Part shown: piece after piece, positions 1-13,176 of the stretch
How positions within the stretch are numbered: the stretch's first letter is position 1
Layout: every line of letters begins with the position of its first letter
Assembly (NCBI GenBank): GCA_000388065.2
Contig: KB932204.1
Strand: one strand, 5' to 3'
DNA from: Fonticula alba ATCC 38817
Lineage: Eukaryota > Protista > Nucleariida
Length of the DNA stretch: 64,000 nt
Made by a program: the position numbers and the translations under genes
Notes under the pieces: model-generated
What the model saw: the letters and a program-made list of their open reading frames with translations, nothing else
The model's database searches: none
Told to the model about the DNA's origin: nothing

Positions 1-293
1 TGGGTATCGGTGTCAATTTGCCGGAGTCCTCCCCGCAGGAGGACTGCGAGCTGCCGGCACTGGCAGCACCCGAAGAACGAGAATACCCGAACATGGTCAT
101 GATTGGAAAGGAGGAGGGGGGCGGGTTGGGGGGGGACAGGGAAGCCCTACACGGGTTGGGGGGGGGGAGAGCGCGGAACGCAGAAGGACGATGGACGGCC
201 GGGCACCCAAAGGCACCCGGCGTGGCTGGCTGGTGGGATATAAATAGCCTTCCTCCCATTACCGCCCTCCGAGACGCATTCACACACTCACAC

Positions 294-346
<53 letters not shown>

Positions 347-2449
347 GAAGATACCCTCTTTGACCATGAATAGAGGCATGCTACTCTCGAAGAGTCGGCG
401 CACATGCCCAGTGCTCAAGAGCACCCCTCCGGATCAAGTCGACACTCCGGGATGCATCCTTTGTCGACGTGAGTCTGTGGGTACGGTGCGCCACACCGCG
501 GGATTCGCGCACGCGCGCACGCGCGCGCACGCACACACACACCAAATAGGACCACGAGTCGAGAGGGGTGGGGGCCGCAGGGGGCAGGAGATCTCTCCCG
601 GCATCCTACCCCTGGAGCGTCGGGGGCGCCGATAGCAAGGTTTGCTGTGTGACCTCCAGCGCACAACCACCGCGCGCCACAGGGACAGTGACGAACTCAA
701 GGCAGGGGCCAGAGCGCCAGCATATGGGTGCGGAGAACATGCCTGCCAAGGCGCTGTTGGTCTTTCGAGCCCCACGGTGGTCACACAACCAAGAGACCGT
801 CAATGCGGGTCGAAGCGGCGGCGGGCCGGGGGGGGGGGCTTCATCACGACCCACGGCCACCTCGTTGTAGCCGGGATTCGGCAACCAGCTGGAGAACAGG
901 GGAATGTGCTTGGTGAGATGTCGATACCAGGGGTGCCACACGCCCGTCCCTCCCCCCCACCCCCCGGGGCCGTCGGACTCACAAACGGCGAGATCGCCCA
1001 CCGCCCGGACTCGAGCGCCAGGCAGTCGTCCCGGGGAGCCGTCCGGGAACAGACAGGCTTCCCTTTCAGGCCCAGGGAGGGTTGCAGGAGCAGAAAAAAG
1101 AAGGGCACCGCCACGAAGGAGGGGGCCTGTGCCCCCCCCCCCCCTCTCGGGTGGCGAACCTGAGCATGGTAGAGGCAGCGTCGAGGCTTCCAAACCGATC
1201 GCCAGTGGGCATCCCCCATTGGGGCGCAATAGTTTTCCCATGGCCAGGCTCGATCGGATGAAACGGCGACAGCAGGGCGCAGGACGGCCAGAGGCCCCCT
1301 CGGAACACCCCTCCCGAGGGGTAGACCGGGGAATGCCTCTGGGGTGCAAGACCGGCGGCCAGAGCCGGGGGGGCGGGTGTGTTTATTTCAGCCCGCCCGG
1401 GCCGCCTGCGGACGTCCCCGGCCGCTGGACGAAGAAATGGGTGCGCAGTTGACCAAGATGGAGCAGGGGCACTCGTGGTTTGGAACACCATCTCGCGCCC
1501 TGGGCGCGTGTGTGGCATTGTTGGGGCGCTTTCCGGGGCATGCCCCTCCCCCACCCTCCCCCCCGGGGGGGGGGGGGTGGACAACGCATGGTACCCCGCA
1601 CACGTACCCACCACACCGCCAGGCAAGGGCCCGCCCGTCGGGCTGACATGCCCCACAGGGCCTCGGCCCCATCTACACGGCATGTTGACCGGCGGCAGCT
1701 TTCCCTCCCCAGGAGGCGCATGAGGGAGAGAAGCCAATTGTTAGCAACCGACGGTAGGGACCTTGTCGTGTCATCAAGGAGCGTCCCCTGCTCTCGCCGC
1801 CGCTTTTCCCCCACCTCGGTCTGCCGACCAGAAAAGCACACGCGCCGGTGCGTGAGAAGCGATCCATGCTTGGCGGCCCAGGGAGCTCGGATCCATTGGC
1901 ACAGCGACCCCGTTTCGGTCCCTGGACTCCTCGGTGATCATCGGGCGGAGTCAACCCTGTGCTTGATGAAAACGGACCTTAACCCGCACCCGGATGCCTG
2001 GATCGGCCCGTTGGCTGCTCAGTCAATAGAGGCAACTATTTTAGTCCCGCTTTATCCGCCACAAGAACGCGATCTACCGCCGGTCTCGCCCTATCTCGGT
2101 TAATGTCCACAAGTGCTCGCGCAGATCATGAGGGAATGGGCGTGATTTAATTTGAATTTGTCGTTAGCAATCGACTTCGTCGTGGTGCATCCGTCCCCCC
2201 CCCTCTCCTCTCGGTCCTCGGGCCTGAGAGAAAACGCCACCGACGCCCCATCCAAGGGCGGGGATGTCCCCGCACCCGATCTCCCTTCCTCTGTCAGCCG
2301 CCACCCCCCTCCCCTCTCCCGGCCCTCCACCTCCCCCGCCTCCCGCCCACTGCGACCCTCCGATTGCTATCCTCTGCCAGGCCCATCCTCCTCCTCCTCC
2401 CTCTCCTCGCGTTTCCCCATCATCTCCGGCCTCTCGGTGGCCTCGCCCG

Positions 2450-3743
2450 ATGTCGCTCTCCTCGACTGGCATACCGATCGCTGCCTACCGGCGTGCGATC
2501 TATTCGGCCTTCACCCGGTCGCATGGGCTCACCCTCAGCCAAGAGGCTTTCGACTATCTCGTGTCAGTACTTCAAGCCATCCCTGTGGATCCCGCCCGGC
2601 CAGCGCGCGGGAATAAGCTTCCCATCGACCAGGAGACCGCTCTCCTGACACTGGCGCGGTCGTACACCAAACATGCCTCCGGTGCGGGGTTGCTTTTTTC
2701 TCCTTCTTCTTCTTCTTCTTCTTCTTCTTCTTCTTTGCCCACCCTTCAGCGACATGCTCACCAGGGAGGCCCCCTTTTTTTCCTCACACGCCCGTGCCCG
2801 CCCCCGCACCCGCAACACTGTGGCCGGACTTCCGTCCATGCTAGAATCTGGGTCGTCCCTCATCTCGCGACCGGCCTTGGAGCTTGTTGTCCAGCAACTG
2901 ACGAAGCTCGCTTCGGCGGCTGGTGAGGCTGCTAAGTCCACAATGTCCTCCGCCGCAATCCCCGCCGCCAGTGGCGCCGACCTGCAAACGATCGCTGCTG
3001 AAACCCCGGCCGCCGTGGCGCCGACGACCCAGACCCCGACAATCGATGCCCCAACCTTCACCATCCAATTGGACACTGTGGCTCTCTTGCGCGTGCTAGG
3101 AGCCGAACAGCAGCCACGCCTGCTGCTGGACCGAGCACGCAATGTGTGGAACGTGTATGTTTCCTCATGCGGCAAAACAGCATCGCGCCTTCGTTGGAAG
3201 CGTCATCAGCCACATGCCTGACCCTGTTCCCCCCCCCCCCCCCTCCTCCCCTCTGCCGCACCAACCAGTGCCCCTCGGGCGTCCCCCTTCTCCAAGCATG
3301 CGGATGGCCATAATGCTGCCATTCTGGAGCGGTATCATCTGCTGCATGCCCGCTGCGCACGGCATGCGCTCTTCCGTCCGGAGCACCGCCATGCCGGCGG
3401 CATGGAGGTACACAACATATACGCTTGGTCGCCGGTAATGCTGCAGTTGATGGTGCATTTTACTCACCTGCCTGTGGTAGCTCGCCACGACTGACTCGCT
3501 GTCCGGGCGACCGGCTGAAGCTCCGCCAGTGTGCCTCTTTGGCTTGCTCAGTCGCGGCCCTGATGGACGCCCGCGACTTGAGGACCCGTATGGCTCAATT
3601 CGCCTGGACCTCTCGAGTGCGGTACGTCGGTGTCTCTTCCAGCGCCTTTTGCCGTCGCCCCTCTCCTCTTCATGTGCCTCCATACCATCAGTACCTGACC
3701 CCTCTCTCTTGTGTGCGTGTGTGCGTGTGTGCTTGTGCATATG

Positions 3744-3775
<32 letters not shown>

Positions 3776-5663
3776 TGTGTGTGCGTGCTTTAATTGCGCT
3801 CAGGTGGCAAATGTGGGCCTCTTCTCGGCTGGCACATTTGCCCTGCTTGAGGGCCAGCTCGCGTCGGGTTCTGACATGACCGATGCCATGAGCGAGGGTG
3901 CGACATTCCGTGTGTCACACGTGGGCTTTCCCCCGTCGGAGTCCCGGGCAGCTACGCTCAGTCGCTCGCTTGGCTTTACCTCCAGCACTGGGATGGATCA
4001 CCGGTCCGTCAGTGGGATTGGAGATGTCTCTGGTGAAACGCAATGGGAAGATGTGCGCCGATCCTAAGAGGGGGGGGGGGCATTTTTGTCTGTCTCATGG
4101 GCGGTGAAAATCGGTAGCTCACATGGATTTGACTGCCCATTCGCGTGTGCCCGTGGTGTGGCCATAGGCCCACATCGAACAGGCGGCGGCCGACCCACGT
4201 GCTGCCTGGGTAGTCTTGTCCGATGTCAAACTCGACAGCCCGGTGGTTATGCGCATGTTGGAGCGCCTCTTCGGATCGTATCAGACAGCTGCCGAGGACT
4301 GGCTCTCGGCGCATCCTGGTCAGAGCTTGGCCGGCCTGCTCCCGGATGCCTTTCTGATGTTTGGAGACTTTACCCAGCATGGTGCCTCCTCGGGTACGGA
4401 ACGAACAATCGCCCCCGTCACGACGGCTGCTGTTGCCGCTGCCACTGTTGCCGCTGCCGCTGCTTTCCTCCGCCCGATAGAGGCGTATCTTCTTTGAATG
4501 CCATCTTGGCGCCACGCTCACCTCCGCACGCCGCCTCCGATGACCAGATCTGCACCACTGTCGGACCTTGTGGGCAGAGCTGGGAGCTCTAATTGTTCGC
4601 TTTCCCTTGGTGGCCAACCGGTGTCGATTCATTTTTGTCCCCGGACCAAATGACCATCCGGCCAGTGGATCCGGCGGCTTGACCGGGATCCTACCGGCAG
4701 AGCCCATCCCTCCGGAGTGGCTGGAGGGCACCCTCTTCCAATGGTGTCATCCTGTAGATGCGGCCGCGATCTCAGCGGCTGATCGGCCCAAGAATGCGAT
4801 CCGCTATGCGCACTTCACGAGCAACCCCTGTCGTCTGCTTTTCGGGCCGAAGGAATTTTGCTTCTTCCGGCACGACCTGCTCGGGCGGATGCGCCGATCC
4901 CTGGTTGTCCCGCCGAATTTGGCCACCGTGTCGGACATTCGCACTCATGTTCGTTATGCTCTTTCCTTTATGTGCCCCTGCCACTTGGGCCTCTGCGAGA
5001 ACAAGCGGTACATGCCTGTGCTCTGACTCGCCTTTTCTTTCTTCCTACCGGATGGCAGCTTGCGCATACGATCATCGAAAATGCACATCTGGCGCCCCAT
5101 CCAGCCCCTCCGGCGCTGTTGTGGGAGTACGACCATGTTCTCCGGCTCTATCCCCTGCCCGATGCGGTGCGCAAACCTCCCCTCGCCTTCCCCCTTTGAT
5201 CCGGTTTGCCTGCCCCAAGCGAGTCTGTTCTCACACTGGCACGTCCCCTGGCATTAACATGTGCACTCCATTTGCCTCGCTATCCACCACCCCCGCTCTC
5301 CCCCCGTCTCTCCCTCTCTATGACACACACACACACACGCGCGCGCGCGCGCGCACGCGCGCTCCTCGCTCCCCAAAGGTGTTCCTGGCGGACCAACTCC
5401 CGACACACATTGATGAGATCGTGCATGAAGCCGAGTCGGCCGAGTTGAGCCGGCGGCGGAACGGTGCCGACGGCACGACGGCTGGCGGGCTGCGCATGGA
5501 TGTTGATGACGGGGCTGGCGGTGTGTTGGATCCGGCGACGGCAGCATCGTCCCAGGTGGCCGATGCCGAGGCAACGGTCTCGCGCGTTGTTCATGTGCCG
5601 CAATTCTCCCTCAACGGGTCTTTCATCATCTTCTACCCAGGGACCGCGAAAACCGAGATCTGG
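2450..5663 (+). CDS. POLE2: DNA polymerase epsilon subunit 2 (B subunit), multi-exon; final exon/stop uncertain
   Basis: Exon peptides follow POLE2/Dpb2 motif order: IYSAFTRSHGLTLSQEAFDYLV (N-terminal domain), ERYHLLHARCARHALFRP, LEDPYGSIRLDLSSA, GFPPSE, SDVKLDSPVVMRML...FGDF, FIFVPGPND, FTSNPCRL..FFRHDLLGRMRR, WEYDHVLRLYPLPDA, VFLADQ...FIIFYP. ATG at 2450. Confidence 0.93.
3743..3778. repeat. (GCGT)n tetranucleotide repeat in a POLE2 intron
   Basis: Direct reading; the complementary (GCAC)n array occurs at 53369-53430. Confidence 0.9.
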
Positions 5664-6026
5664 TACGTGGCCTCGTTCGCACGCTCACACAATGCTGCGC
5701 CTCGCAAAAGAAGAAAAGGCCACCCCCGGACACTGACCCCTCATGCACATGCAGCAAAATCACCCTTTAGAGCACCCCTGTGCCTCCTCTCTCCGGGTTG
5801 CCCCCCCCCCCCCCCAGTCCGCCAATACACATGTTCACGGGGATAGAAGCCCTGGCGACATACCCGCAGAAAAAACGCATCGCAAGTGGGGGTAGAAAGT
5901 AGGGAACAAGGGATATATATGTGGGGGGGGAGGGGGGATGGAGAATGTATAAGGTGTGTGCAAAGATAGATGGGGTTCATTGAGGGGCGCGGCACGGAGA
6001 GCCTGAAGGAGAAGAGAGAGGGAACT

Positions 6027-6864
6027 TTACTCGGCCTCCTCGGCGACCTCCTCGAAGTTGGTGTCGACGAGCTCGGGGATGTCCTCATCCTCGGCACCGG
6101 CGAAGGTGGGAGCGGGGGCACCCACTGTGGGCAGGCACACATGCAGCAGGAAGGGGGGGGAGGATGGTTGAAAGGGAGAGCGGGAGAGAGGGAGCGAGAG
6201 TTAGCAAATAAAAGCCGGCAGGGGGAAAGAACATGGCAATCCCCCCCCCCCCGGAGGGCCGTGTGCCGGGGACCAACACCGGCGGGGAACGGGGAGAGCA
6301 GCGGGGGGGGGGGTGGGAAACAACATGAAAGAAGATGGAGGGACGCACTACCACCACCAAGCTTGAGGTTGTCGAGGAGAGAGCGGATGTCGATCAGGTC
6401 GGCGGCGTTGCTGACGGTCGGGCGGCCGAAGACAACGAAGACACCAGCGGGGAAGTTGGCCTGGACTGTGTGATAGGGGGGAGAGCGTCACCGGGTGAAG
6501 AACACGCGTTTGCGTGTGTGTGTGTGTGTGTGTGCACACGAGCGAGAAGGGAGAGGGCGAGGAGGCAGAAGACAGGGGTCAGCAGGAGCACAGGGGGGGG
6601 GAAAGGTTAAGCAGCACCAAAGCCGGCAGGGGCAACGGAATGCGTACCACGGGGGCTCTTGAAGACCATGACCTTGCCGGTGGACAGGGCAACGGAGACG
6701 TTGTCCATCTGGTAGGCCTGGAGACCGACCTTGCGGAGGGTGGGGGCAACCTTCTTCTCGTTGTTGACAATGGCAACGGACTTGGTGGTGCGGACGGCAC
6801 GGCGGGGGGTGCCCTTACCACCAGTGCGGGTGGCACTCTGGAGCTTGTTAAGCTTGGCGCTCAT
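6027..6864 (-). CDS. BTF3: Nascent polypeptide-associated complex subunit beta (BTF3/Egd1), 3 exons
   Basis: MSAKLNKLQSATRTGGKGTPRR...EKKVAPTLRKVG; exon 2 VQANFPAGVFVVFG; exon 3 EDEDIPELVDTNFEEVAEEAE*. GTACG donor and CAG acceptors give in-phase joins; TAA at 6027-6029. Confidence 0.92.
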
Positions 6865-8585
6865 GATGACTGCCGTGTGTGGGTGGGCGGTGGGGGGGGG
6901 GCGATAAACAGACCAGGAGAAGGAGTGTCAGAGGGAGGAACGCTGGCGGAAATGGGAGGAAGGGAGAGAAAGAGGTGCAATGCACTGGGGTAGGAGATGA
7001 AGGGGGGGGGGAAGACTTGGAGCCAAGTGCGCTGTCGACACTGGCGTATCCCTTGTAGATGCATGCATGCGCAGGGGGGGGGTGCACATCTCTCCACCGA
7101 TGCAATGGCGCTGTGTCGTGTCTACGCATAGGGCGACCGGAAGGCAGGCACGAAAGAGCAGCGACCGTGTGGCAAGGATGAGGCGGCGATGCCTGGACGC
7201 TGGCCGCTGCATCGTGGCAAGGCCATGGGACGGCAGCGTCATGACAGAAATGACAGGGCCAAAGGAGAAGTGGCCAGGCGAGGAGGCTGTGTACGCAGCG
7301 TGCAGGGAGGGAAGGAGGGAGGGAGGGGGAGGGAGGGAGGGAGCGGGCGGTGTGTGTGGCCCAGAGGCGGCACGAACCGATAGGTGAAAGAAGGAGGGGG
7401 GAGAAGGTCTCGTGTGAAGGGCGAGACACTTGAAAAAAAGGGGGGGGTGGCCGGTGAGGGGCTCGGGCAGTGGAGTGGCCAAAAACTCAGATGGTATGAA
7501 CGCGTGCGTGTGCTGTGCCAGTGTCTGCGAGGGCCTGGGAGAGAGAGAGAGAGGGAGAGAGAGAGATGGAGAGCAAGAGAGGGGGGGAGGGGCGCGTGTG
7601 CGAGTTCCGCACCAACTCAATGGCGGCCCCCACACTCGTCGGCCGTTTCTCCCCCGGCCAGCCAGAAACAGGCTCACGCGCTCGCGGAGGTACACACGCC
7701 TGGCCCGCAACACGACGAGACCCTGCACACGACGGAGCTCCCCTCCTGCGGGGGGACGGCTCCTTATCTTCTCGGCCAGGATTGCCCCACAGCCGGGCAT
7801 CCTGCGGCAGTCGCTTGTCTTGACCGGAGTCCATCTCCAGGAGGGCGAGAACAGAGGGGGACGGGCAGAGCCGCACATCGGGAGAGAATAGGGACTCAAG
7901 TGCCCGCCCCCCCCCCCCTCGGGAGTGAGGAGAGGCCACCATCCTCGGAGCATGCACACTAGCCCGCAGTAACCCTCGCGGCTGGCATACACCGTGCACC
8001 CGTGAATGAATAAAAAAGGGCGGCAAGGGGGTGGTGGCCTTTGCTTTGCTCCGAGTCTAACCGACCTGGCGGCCACATCGCCCCACCTGGGCGGGGGCCC
8101 TCGCCCGAAATACAGCTATTGTGGACAAGCCTCTCCCCTCCAGGGAGAGGACACCGCACATCCGGGCATCCCCCAATTGAAGATTCATCTACGGAGCATT
8201 CCCAAGGGCGCAAGTGTCCCCGTGCCGCTGGAGAGCCACTGCCTTCCCTGCCTCCCCCCGCCCCCCGGGCCTCACAAGGTGCTGGAGAGACACCACCGAC
8301 GATTCCAGGCGACCAGCATTTATGATAAACCCAGGGATTCCACCACGGCGAACCTAATTCCGGGCTCCAAAAACGGAGGATACCCAGCCTCCCGCCATAA
8401 TCCTCGGCCTCTGCCCCGGCATTGGGTGCCAGAGGGGGAGAACCTGACTGCCTGCCGGAGGGGCTGAGGGCCACACGAAAAGGAGGTCGCGTGTGGTCTC
8501 GGTGGTGTGATTCGGTCACGTGGATGATCCTCGTTCGATCTCTCGATCATCCTTCCAGCTCTTGTCGGCCACCCCGTCTCCCTTG

Positions 8586-8586
<1 letters not shown>

Positions 8587-8647
<61 letters not shown>

Positions 8648-8688
8648 ACACACCCACACACCCACACACCCACACACCCACACACCCA

Positions 8689-8768
<80 letters not shown>
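8587..8768. repeat. (CA)n microsatellite with CACCCACA interruptions, ending at the COPA acceptor
   Basis: About 180 nt of CA units, ending ...cacag|accattcgc. Confidence 0.97.
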
Positions 8769-8769
<1 letters not shown>

Positions 8770-8771
<2 letters not shown>

Positions 8772-9600
8772 CATTCGCATCTGGAACTGGCAGTCTCGTA
8801 CCTGCATCGCCGTTCTCACCGGCCATAACCACTACGTCATGTCGGCCGAGTTCCACCCCAAGGAGGATCTCATTGTGTCGGCCTCCCTGGACCAGACCGT
8901 CCGTGTGTGGGACATCTCCGGTGCGATGGCCTTCATTTGCCCCTGCCTCCGCCGCCTTCTCCCAGGCTTTTCGCCCTTCTTTCATCGCATCACCAAGGCT
9001 CATCTGCTCGTGCTCACCCCTCCCCCCTTCTCAGGCCTCCGCCGTAAGGCCATGCCCGGCATGGGTGCCACCCCGCGCCCTGGCAGCGACGAGCCCACCA
9101 AGCCTCTCCTGCAGAATGACCTCTTCGGCTCGGTGGATGGTGCGCCCTTCGCCGTGCCTCCGCCCCCCGGTGTCGCCCTCCGGCTCTCTAACATCCCCCC
9201 CTCCCCCCCTCCCATCAGCCTACGTCAAGTTCGTTCTCGAGGACCATGACCGCGGTGTCAACTGGGCCTCCTTCCATCCGGAGCTGTCGCTGATCGTTTC
9301 GGGCGCCGACGATCGCCAGGTGAAGATCTGGCGCTACACCGACACCAAGGCCTGGCATGTGGACAGCTGCCGCGGGCATTACAGCCACGCCACCTGTGTT
9401 ATCTTCCACCCCCGGCAGGATCTCATTCTGTCGGCCTCCGAAGACAAGACCCTGCGCGTGTGGGACATCACCAAGCGCACCGCGGTGGCCACCTTCCGCC
9501 GGGAGCACGACCGCTTCTGGATCATCAAGGCCCACCCGACGGAGAACCTGTTCGTCACCGGTACGTCCCCCCCCCAGCCCCTCTGTCTGTGTTCCGGACT

Positions 9601-9644
<44 letters not shown>

Positions 9645-9960
9645 GATGCCCTGCTTCTGTCCCTGCCTCTCTCTGACCCCTGGATGTCCCCGGAATGTGT
9701 GATCGACACTGGGCTCAGGCCACGATGCCGGCCTCATCGTCTTCAAGTTGGAGCGCGAACGCCCTGCCAGCACCGTGCACGGATCCAACCTGCTGTATGT
9801 CAAGGACAAGCACCTGCGCGTGGTGGACATGCGCTCCGGGGCCAACAACCTGCTGGCCAACATCCGCCGGTACACCAGCCCCGGCGGGGGCATTTCCTTC
9901 GGCACGCAGCCCCGGTCCATGACCTACAATGAGGCGGAGAATGCGGTTCTCCTGTACTCG
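8770..9960 (+). CDS. COPA: Coatomer alpha subunit (alpha-COP), internal WD40 fragment only
   Basis: [89 protein letters not shown] are hallmark alpha-COP peptides. No N-terminal exons found upstream; cut by N-gap 10054-10084. Confidence 0.93.
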
Positions 9961-10156
9961 GTGCGTGTGCATTCCGCTCTGCGTCCCGCGCATGTGCGCC
10001 CCGGGGCGCCCGGGGCATTTCCCACTGCCCGGTGATCCCCCCCCCCCCCGTCCNNNNNNNNNNNNNNNNNNNNNNNNNNNNNNNGAGAGAAAGAGAGAGA
10101 GAGAGATAGGGAGAAACCATTCCGAGATGGCGGATGGCAACTGGGATGTGATATTG

Positions 10157-10559
10157 CTACTTCTCTTCATGCGAGAATGACTGCTTCGCCTCTGGCTCCG
10201 GCGCAGTAGCCGGGGCAGGCATCCCTGCCCCGGTTCCCTCCAACACCTGGCTGGCCTCGGCCGAGAGGTCGGCAGGGAGCTCGCGCGTGTCGCCGTACGC
10301 TCGACGCAGGGCTCGATATTTGAGGACTGAGTAGACTACCGGGAGCTCGCGCTTGATGCGTTCCCCGTTACGCAGCTCCCGCTGAATATCCTTCGGGTCG
10401 GTCAGGTGTGCGCGTTGGGCGAAGCTTTGCCGGAGCTGGGGGTGGAAAAACTCCCGGAAGCCACGCGGATCATGTTGACCAATGAAAGAGAGCTTGGAGA
10501 AGGGATAGGAACTCAGTCAGGCATGGGGCATTATCTTGCCAGGGGGGAGGGAGAGAGCA

Positions 10560-10602
<43 letters not shown>

Positions 10603-10677
10603 ACGTACCTCACGATACAAGATCCGTGCCTTGCTTCGCAGCTGTGCCATCAACACCGGGTCGGGGATCTTGGACAT
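10157..10677 (-). CDS. ETFRF1: LYR-motif protein, electron transfer flavoprotein regulatory factor 1 (LYRM5-like), 2 exons (10677-10609, 10492-10157)
   Basis: Manual splice (GTACGT donor, CCAAG acceptor, phase 0) gives MSKIPDPVLMAQLRSKARILYRE|LSFIGQHDPRGFREFFHPQLRQSFAQRAHLTDPKDIQRELRNGERIKRELPVVYSVLKYRALRRAYG...*. It has the LYR motif, the downstream F and the LYRM5-type C-terminal KYRA..R.Y. Confidence 0.85.
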
Positions 10678-11392
10678 GATGGGGGAGGGCAGGGGGGAGG
10701 AAGTGGGAGAGAAATGTGGTGGATGCGGGTGGGGAGGGGATTATGAGCTGGGGATTGTTTGCTCCGCTAATCGGAGCCGGGGGAGGGCGTTCTCCCTTTA
10801 GTCGGGGTCGAGAGTGCAGCCAGATCTCCGCAATCGAGGGAAAAACAAACATCCTCCCCGGACGAAGCGGCGCGGGCAGCCCACGGTCCGGTCCTGGAGG
10901 GGGTGCTGTTCCCGGAGCGCGCGTTCATGAATTACAGAATCCGACCGTCTGGCGCGCGCCCAACACCGATCTTGACCTTCCCCCGCTGAACTGCCCACGC
11001 TCCCCGCCCAGGCCCAGGCAATCAGGCTGAGGCCGAGAAAATTGAATTCTTCCCGCTGCCCCCCGGTGTTGCCCTCGTGCGTCCGGGGGGGGGGGGGGGG
11101 CTCACCTCGTGGGCGTCGCTGCTGCCAGTCTCAGGTTGTCAGGTCCCGCAGGGGGGAGGCCACACAGGGCGCGCCAGACCGCGGGCCATCTTCTGGCGGG
11201 ATCGAGACATGGGCGATCATCCGGCTGATGGGTCCAGGAATGGCTGAAAGGTGCCCAAGGGCGTCCTGCCTCTGGCCGAGTGGCGGCTCAGTACCACCCC
11301 CCAGCGCGGACACCGATCCCCCCCCCCCCCCCTCCCCACCTTTCCCAACGCGCACACGCACAAACACACACACACACACATACACACCGACC

Positions 11393-13176
11393 ATGGCCGT
11401 CAACAAGAGGTCGCGCGAGGAGACCACTGCCCAGAGCGCCATCGCCGCTGAGGAGGCCAAGAACGCTGCTTCTGCCGCTGGCAGCGACTCCGAGTCCGAG
11501 GACGAGGTTGAGTTGTCGACCAATTCCGCGGCCGGGATCCTGCGTCAGCGCTCAAAGCAGGCGGCGGCGGCCCCCTCGGCTCCGGCCGGCCCGCCGGCCC
11601 CGAAGCGCCCTCGCGCTGAGGTTGAGGCCATCCTGGCTCCTGGAGCTCCGGCCTTTGACGAAGACGACGAGCCGATTCAGCCGGTCCCGGCACTGCGTAT
11701 GCCGAAGCCGCGTGGCACTTTCGCCCCCCGGCCGCTGGTGCGCAACGACATTGTCCAGCATCCGCCCAGCGACGATGAGGCCAAGGACAGCAGTCCTGAC
11801 GATGGGTCCAGCGGCGATGGGGAGCTCGACTCCGACGTGAACTTCGACAGCGACGATGAGGGTGATGACAGCGACGACGACGACGACGACGACGATGGGT
11901 ATGTCTATGACGACAACAACGAGGAGGAGACCGAGGCCGTGCGCGGCGAGGTACGCACCCACACAATCTGCTGTTCCCAGCTCGCAGCCCTGGACCGCGA
12001 GTTGGAGTGCTGACCATCGACCCCCCCCCCCACCCGCCCCACTGGGATCTAACCTGGCTCGTGGCAATGATGCAGATTGTTCAGGTGGACTTCGAGTTCT
12101 TCAACCTGTTGGATGCGGACCCGGCCTCGATTCGCCACTTGCTGTCGCAGGTCCTGGAGCGCGACAGCGTGGACCTTTTTGGCCTGGCGGAGCACATTTG
12201 CGCCGTGGCCCGCGACGATCCCGAGACCACTGGATCGTGCATCCGCGTGGATGGCAACCCGGAGCCCTATGCCTGCTTGGCACTGGTGAACCTGGGCCAG
12301 ATGGGTGGTAGCGTCGCCGCGACGGAGCCCGCCTGTTTGGCGCAGCTCCGGGACTACCTGGCTGGCCGGGCGCCCGGGGCGTCTGAGCGTGCCTCTTTGC
12401 AGAGGCTCTTCGATGGGGTATGTATTTCCTGCTGCGAGGGGGCGACGGGGGGGGGGGGGGTAGCAGCTGGTGTTGGCCTGGCGTACATGCCCGGACGTTT
12501 CTGCCCATCCTCTCCGGGGGTGTTTTTTTTTGGGCCAGATGACTTCGTGCGAAGGGACGGGGGGCCCGCACCTGCATTTGCTAACATCCCATTTCCATCG
12601 CCCTCTGGGGCACAGAAATCCGCCCTGGTTGTCAATGAGCGCCTGATCAACATGCCGGCGCAGACGGCCGTGCCGATGTTCCGCATGCTGGCCGATGAGG
12701 TGGAGGCCGCGCGGCGCTGGTCGCCGGACACCTCGTCCTACTCGGTGGACCGGTTGGTCTTTGTGCTCAAGCGCTACAAGCAGCTGCCCTTCGACGATCC
12801 GTCTGAGTCCTCCGGCAGCGAGAATGAGTCGGCCGGCCCTGGTGCTGGAACTGCCGCCAAGCGCAGCATGAACCCCCCGGAGGAGTATTTCTTCGTCAAT
12901 GAGGAGGAGGAGATTGTCCTGGAGGCAGTGCGTCAGGCCGGCGGCCTGACCTTCCCCTTCGACCTGGTCAAGTCCACCCCTCGGTGGACGGTGGAGGAGC
13001 AGCTCATCCAGCACTCGCGTGTGCTCGCTGTCCTGCCGATTGATCGCCTTCGCCCGCTGGTCCGCAAGATTGAGGAGACCTTCGGTGTGGAGCATTTGGA
13101 CCAGAGCCGTCCGGCGAGCGATGCCTCCTCCTCGTCGGGCAGCGATGACACCTCCTCCGAGGAGGAGTCCGACTGA
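11393..13176 (+). CDS. BCP1: BCP1/BCCIP family protein (uL14/60S biogenesis factor) with acidic N-terminal extension
   Basis: IVQVDFEFFN...IRHLLSQ...EPYACLALVNL and ALVVNERLINMPAQTAVPMFRML match the BCCIP core. Introns near 11951-12076 and ~12417-12615. Confidence 0.85.

Noticed and set aside
1-100. Possible minus-strand gene start MTMFGYSRSSGAASAG... running off the window edge
   Set aside because: Too short and low-complexity to support without flanking sequence.
8422-8828. Poly-HT / poly-CV proteins
   Set aside because: These are translations of the (CA)n/(TG)n microsatellite within an intron.
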